A DNA stretch of 64,000 nucleotides from Alphaproteobacteria bacterium. GTDB taxonomy: Bacteria; Pseudomonadota; Alphaproteobacteria; MPNO01; UBA830. Shown one piece after another: positions 62,715-64,000 of the stretch (the first letter of the stretch is position 1; every line of letters begins with the position of its first letter). The position numbers were made by a program, and so were the translations under genes. The notes beneath the pieces were generated by a model, which was given only the letters and a program-made list of their open reading frames with translations, had not been told where the DNA came from and did no database searches. The stretch lies in assembly GCA_964291215.2 (NCBI GenBank), contig OZ219790.1:2496001-2560000 (forward strand), in the 5' to 3' direction.

Positions 62715-64000
62715 ATGTATGACGGCACGGAACCAGATTTCGGGAAACTGATCGAACCGGGACGGGTTCACCGCAGCGTCTATACCGATCCCGCCATCTT
62801 CGAGATCGAGATGGAACGCGTCTTCGGGAGAGCGTGGGTCTTCGTTGGACACGACAGCCAGATTCCGGAGACCGGGAACTACATTACCACGAAGATCGGC
62901 CGCCAGCCCGTCATCCTGATCCGCCACGGCGACGGCAACCCGTATGTACTCCTGAACCGTTGTGCCCATCGTGGCGCCAAGGTCTGCAATGAGGCTTGCG
63001 GCAACGCGAAGCGCTTGGTCTGTCTCTATCATGGCTGGAGCTACGACACCGACGGAACGCTTCTCGGCGTGACCATGCCGGAGGGCAGCGCGCGGGACTT
63101 CGACGCTGCTGAGTTCGGGCTCGCCCGCGCGCCGCGCATGGCGGCCTACCGGGGCTTCATCTTCGCCAGCCTGTCGGCTGAAGGAGCCGGGTTCGACGAG
63201 TTCCTCGGCCCGATGAAGGCGAACATCGACGATCTCGTAGATCGCGCGCCCGATGGCGAGATCCTGCTCGATGCTGGCCGCCACCGCTACAGCTACCGTG
63301 GCAATTGGAAGCTCCAGATCGAGAACGTGCTCGACTCCTATCATGTGCCGTTCAGCCACGCCTCGACGGTCAACGAGAAGGGCGAACAGTTCTCGCGGCG
63401 CGAGGGCGATGAGAAGGGCGCCAAGGTCGTCGAGGGCAGCGGCAGGAAGAACTCCAAGACTTCGGATGCCTGGAAGGGGCGGCGCTCCTATGTCGTGGAT
63501 TTCGGGCATGGCTGGACGAGCAAGACGGACCTTAATGACAAGGGGCGCACGAGCCCGGCTTGGGACGCATACAGGAAGGCGCTGGCGGCCAAGGTCGGCG
63601 AGGACCGGATGGAGGAGATCCTGACGCCGCAGTTCCACAACTCGCTGCTCTATCCGAACTGTTCCGTCATGGGACTCAACATCCATGTCCGTGTCGTCCA
63701 TCCCGCCGCCGTCGACCGCACCGAGGTCGTCGTCTACCCGATCCGCCTCAAGGGCGCGCCCGACGAGATGAACTTCCGCAATATCCGTCTGCTCAATGTC
63801 ACCCACTCGGGGGCGTCGTTCGTGCAGACCGACGACCTCGAATCCTTCCGCCGCACCCAGGAGGGGCTGCACAGTCTGCAGTCGGACTGGGTCGACATCT
63901 CGCGCGGGCTCGGCGAGGAAGAAGCCGACCGGCGCTACAACGCGACATCGGAATCCGCGATGCACGAGATGGCAGTGCGTGCCCAGTACAAGGCCTGGCT
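62715..64000 (+). CDS. Rieske aromatic ring-hydroxylating oxygenase alpha subunit (3' end beyond window)
   Basis: RVHRSVYTDP, Rieske CAHRG..CLYHGW, mononuclear Fe site ENVLDSYHVPFSH, DDLE. Absent from the ORF track because no stop codon lies inside the window. Confidence 0.93.
   Translation, partial: MYDGTEPDFGKLIEPGRVHRSVYTDPAIFEIEMERVFGRAWVFVGHDSQIPETGNYITTKIGRQPVILIRHGDGNPYVLLNRCAHRGAKVCNEACGNAKRLVCLYHGWSYDTDGTLLGVTMPEGSARDFDAAEFGLARAPRMAAYRGFIFASLSAEGAGFDEFLGPMKANIDDLVDRAPDGEILLDAGRHRYSYRGNWKLQIENVLDSYHVPFSHASTVNEKGEQFSRREGDEKGAKVVEGSGRKNSKTSDAWKGRRSYVVDFGHGWTSKTDLNDKGRTSPAWDAYRKALAAKVGEDRMEEILTPQFHNSLLYPNCSVMGLNIHVRVVHPAAVDRTEVVVYPIRLKGAPDEMNFRNIRLLNVTHSGASFVQTDDLESFRRTQEGLHSLQSDWVDISRGLGEEEADRRYNATSESAMHEMAVRAQYKAW

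Noticed and set aside
62481-63965. 494-aa minus-strand ORF
   Set aside because: Shadow of the plus-strand Rieske oxygenase.

Overview
GC-rich bacterial window, probably alphaproteobacterial (inferred from gene content). Intact metabolic operons alternate with a dense set of decayed mobile elements. The centrepiece (31187-37186, minus strand) is an intact, translationally coupled four-gene operon: mukF-mukE-mukB plus a Toprim-domain (JetD/MksG-like) nuclease gene. It looks like a gammaproteobacterial-type MukBEF condensin arranged as a Wadjet-like anti-plasmid system, sitting in the remains of an ICE (DUF2274, DUF736, ssb, DUF2493, tyrosine recombinase fragment, AbiE toxin-antitoxin). Two distinct IS66 (ISBst12-like) lineages, 7 copies in all, carry a Dam-class DNA adenine methyltransferase passenger gene, intact in only one copy. 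Two ISAs1 elements carry a DUF4338 passenger. A group II intron occupies the same antisense site in two IS66 copies. Fragments of IS630, IS1182, ISKra4, IS4, IS1380, IS110, IS1634, IS30 and IS256 are also present, almost all riddled with small deletions. The metabolic genes are ada, dapB, an acyl-CoA cluster, a ComDE-like decarboxylase, a TRAP transporter with hydantoinase/oxoprolinase, a kynureninase-like enzyme, a CDGSH-cupin fusion and a Rieske dioxygenase alpha subunit that runs off the window end. No CRISPR array, tRNA or rRNA was seen. All family assignments come from motif recognition by eye; no database search was run.
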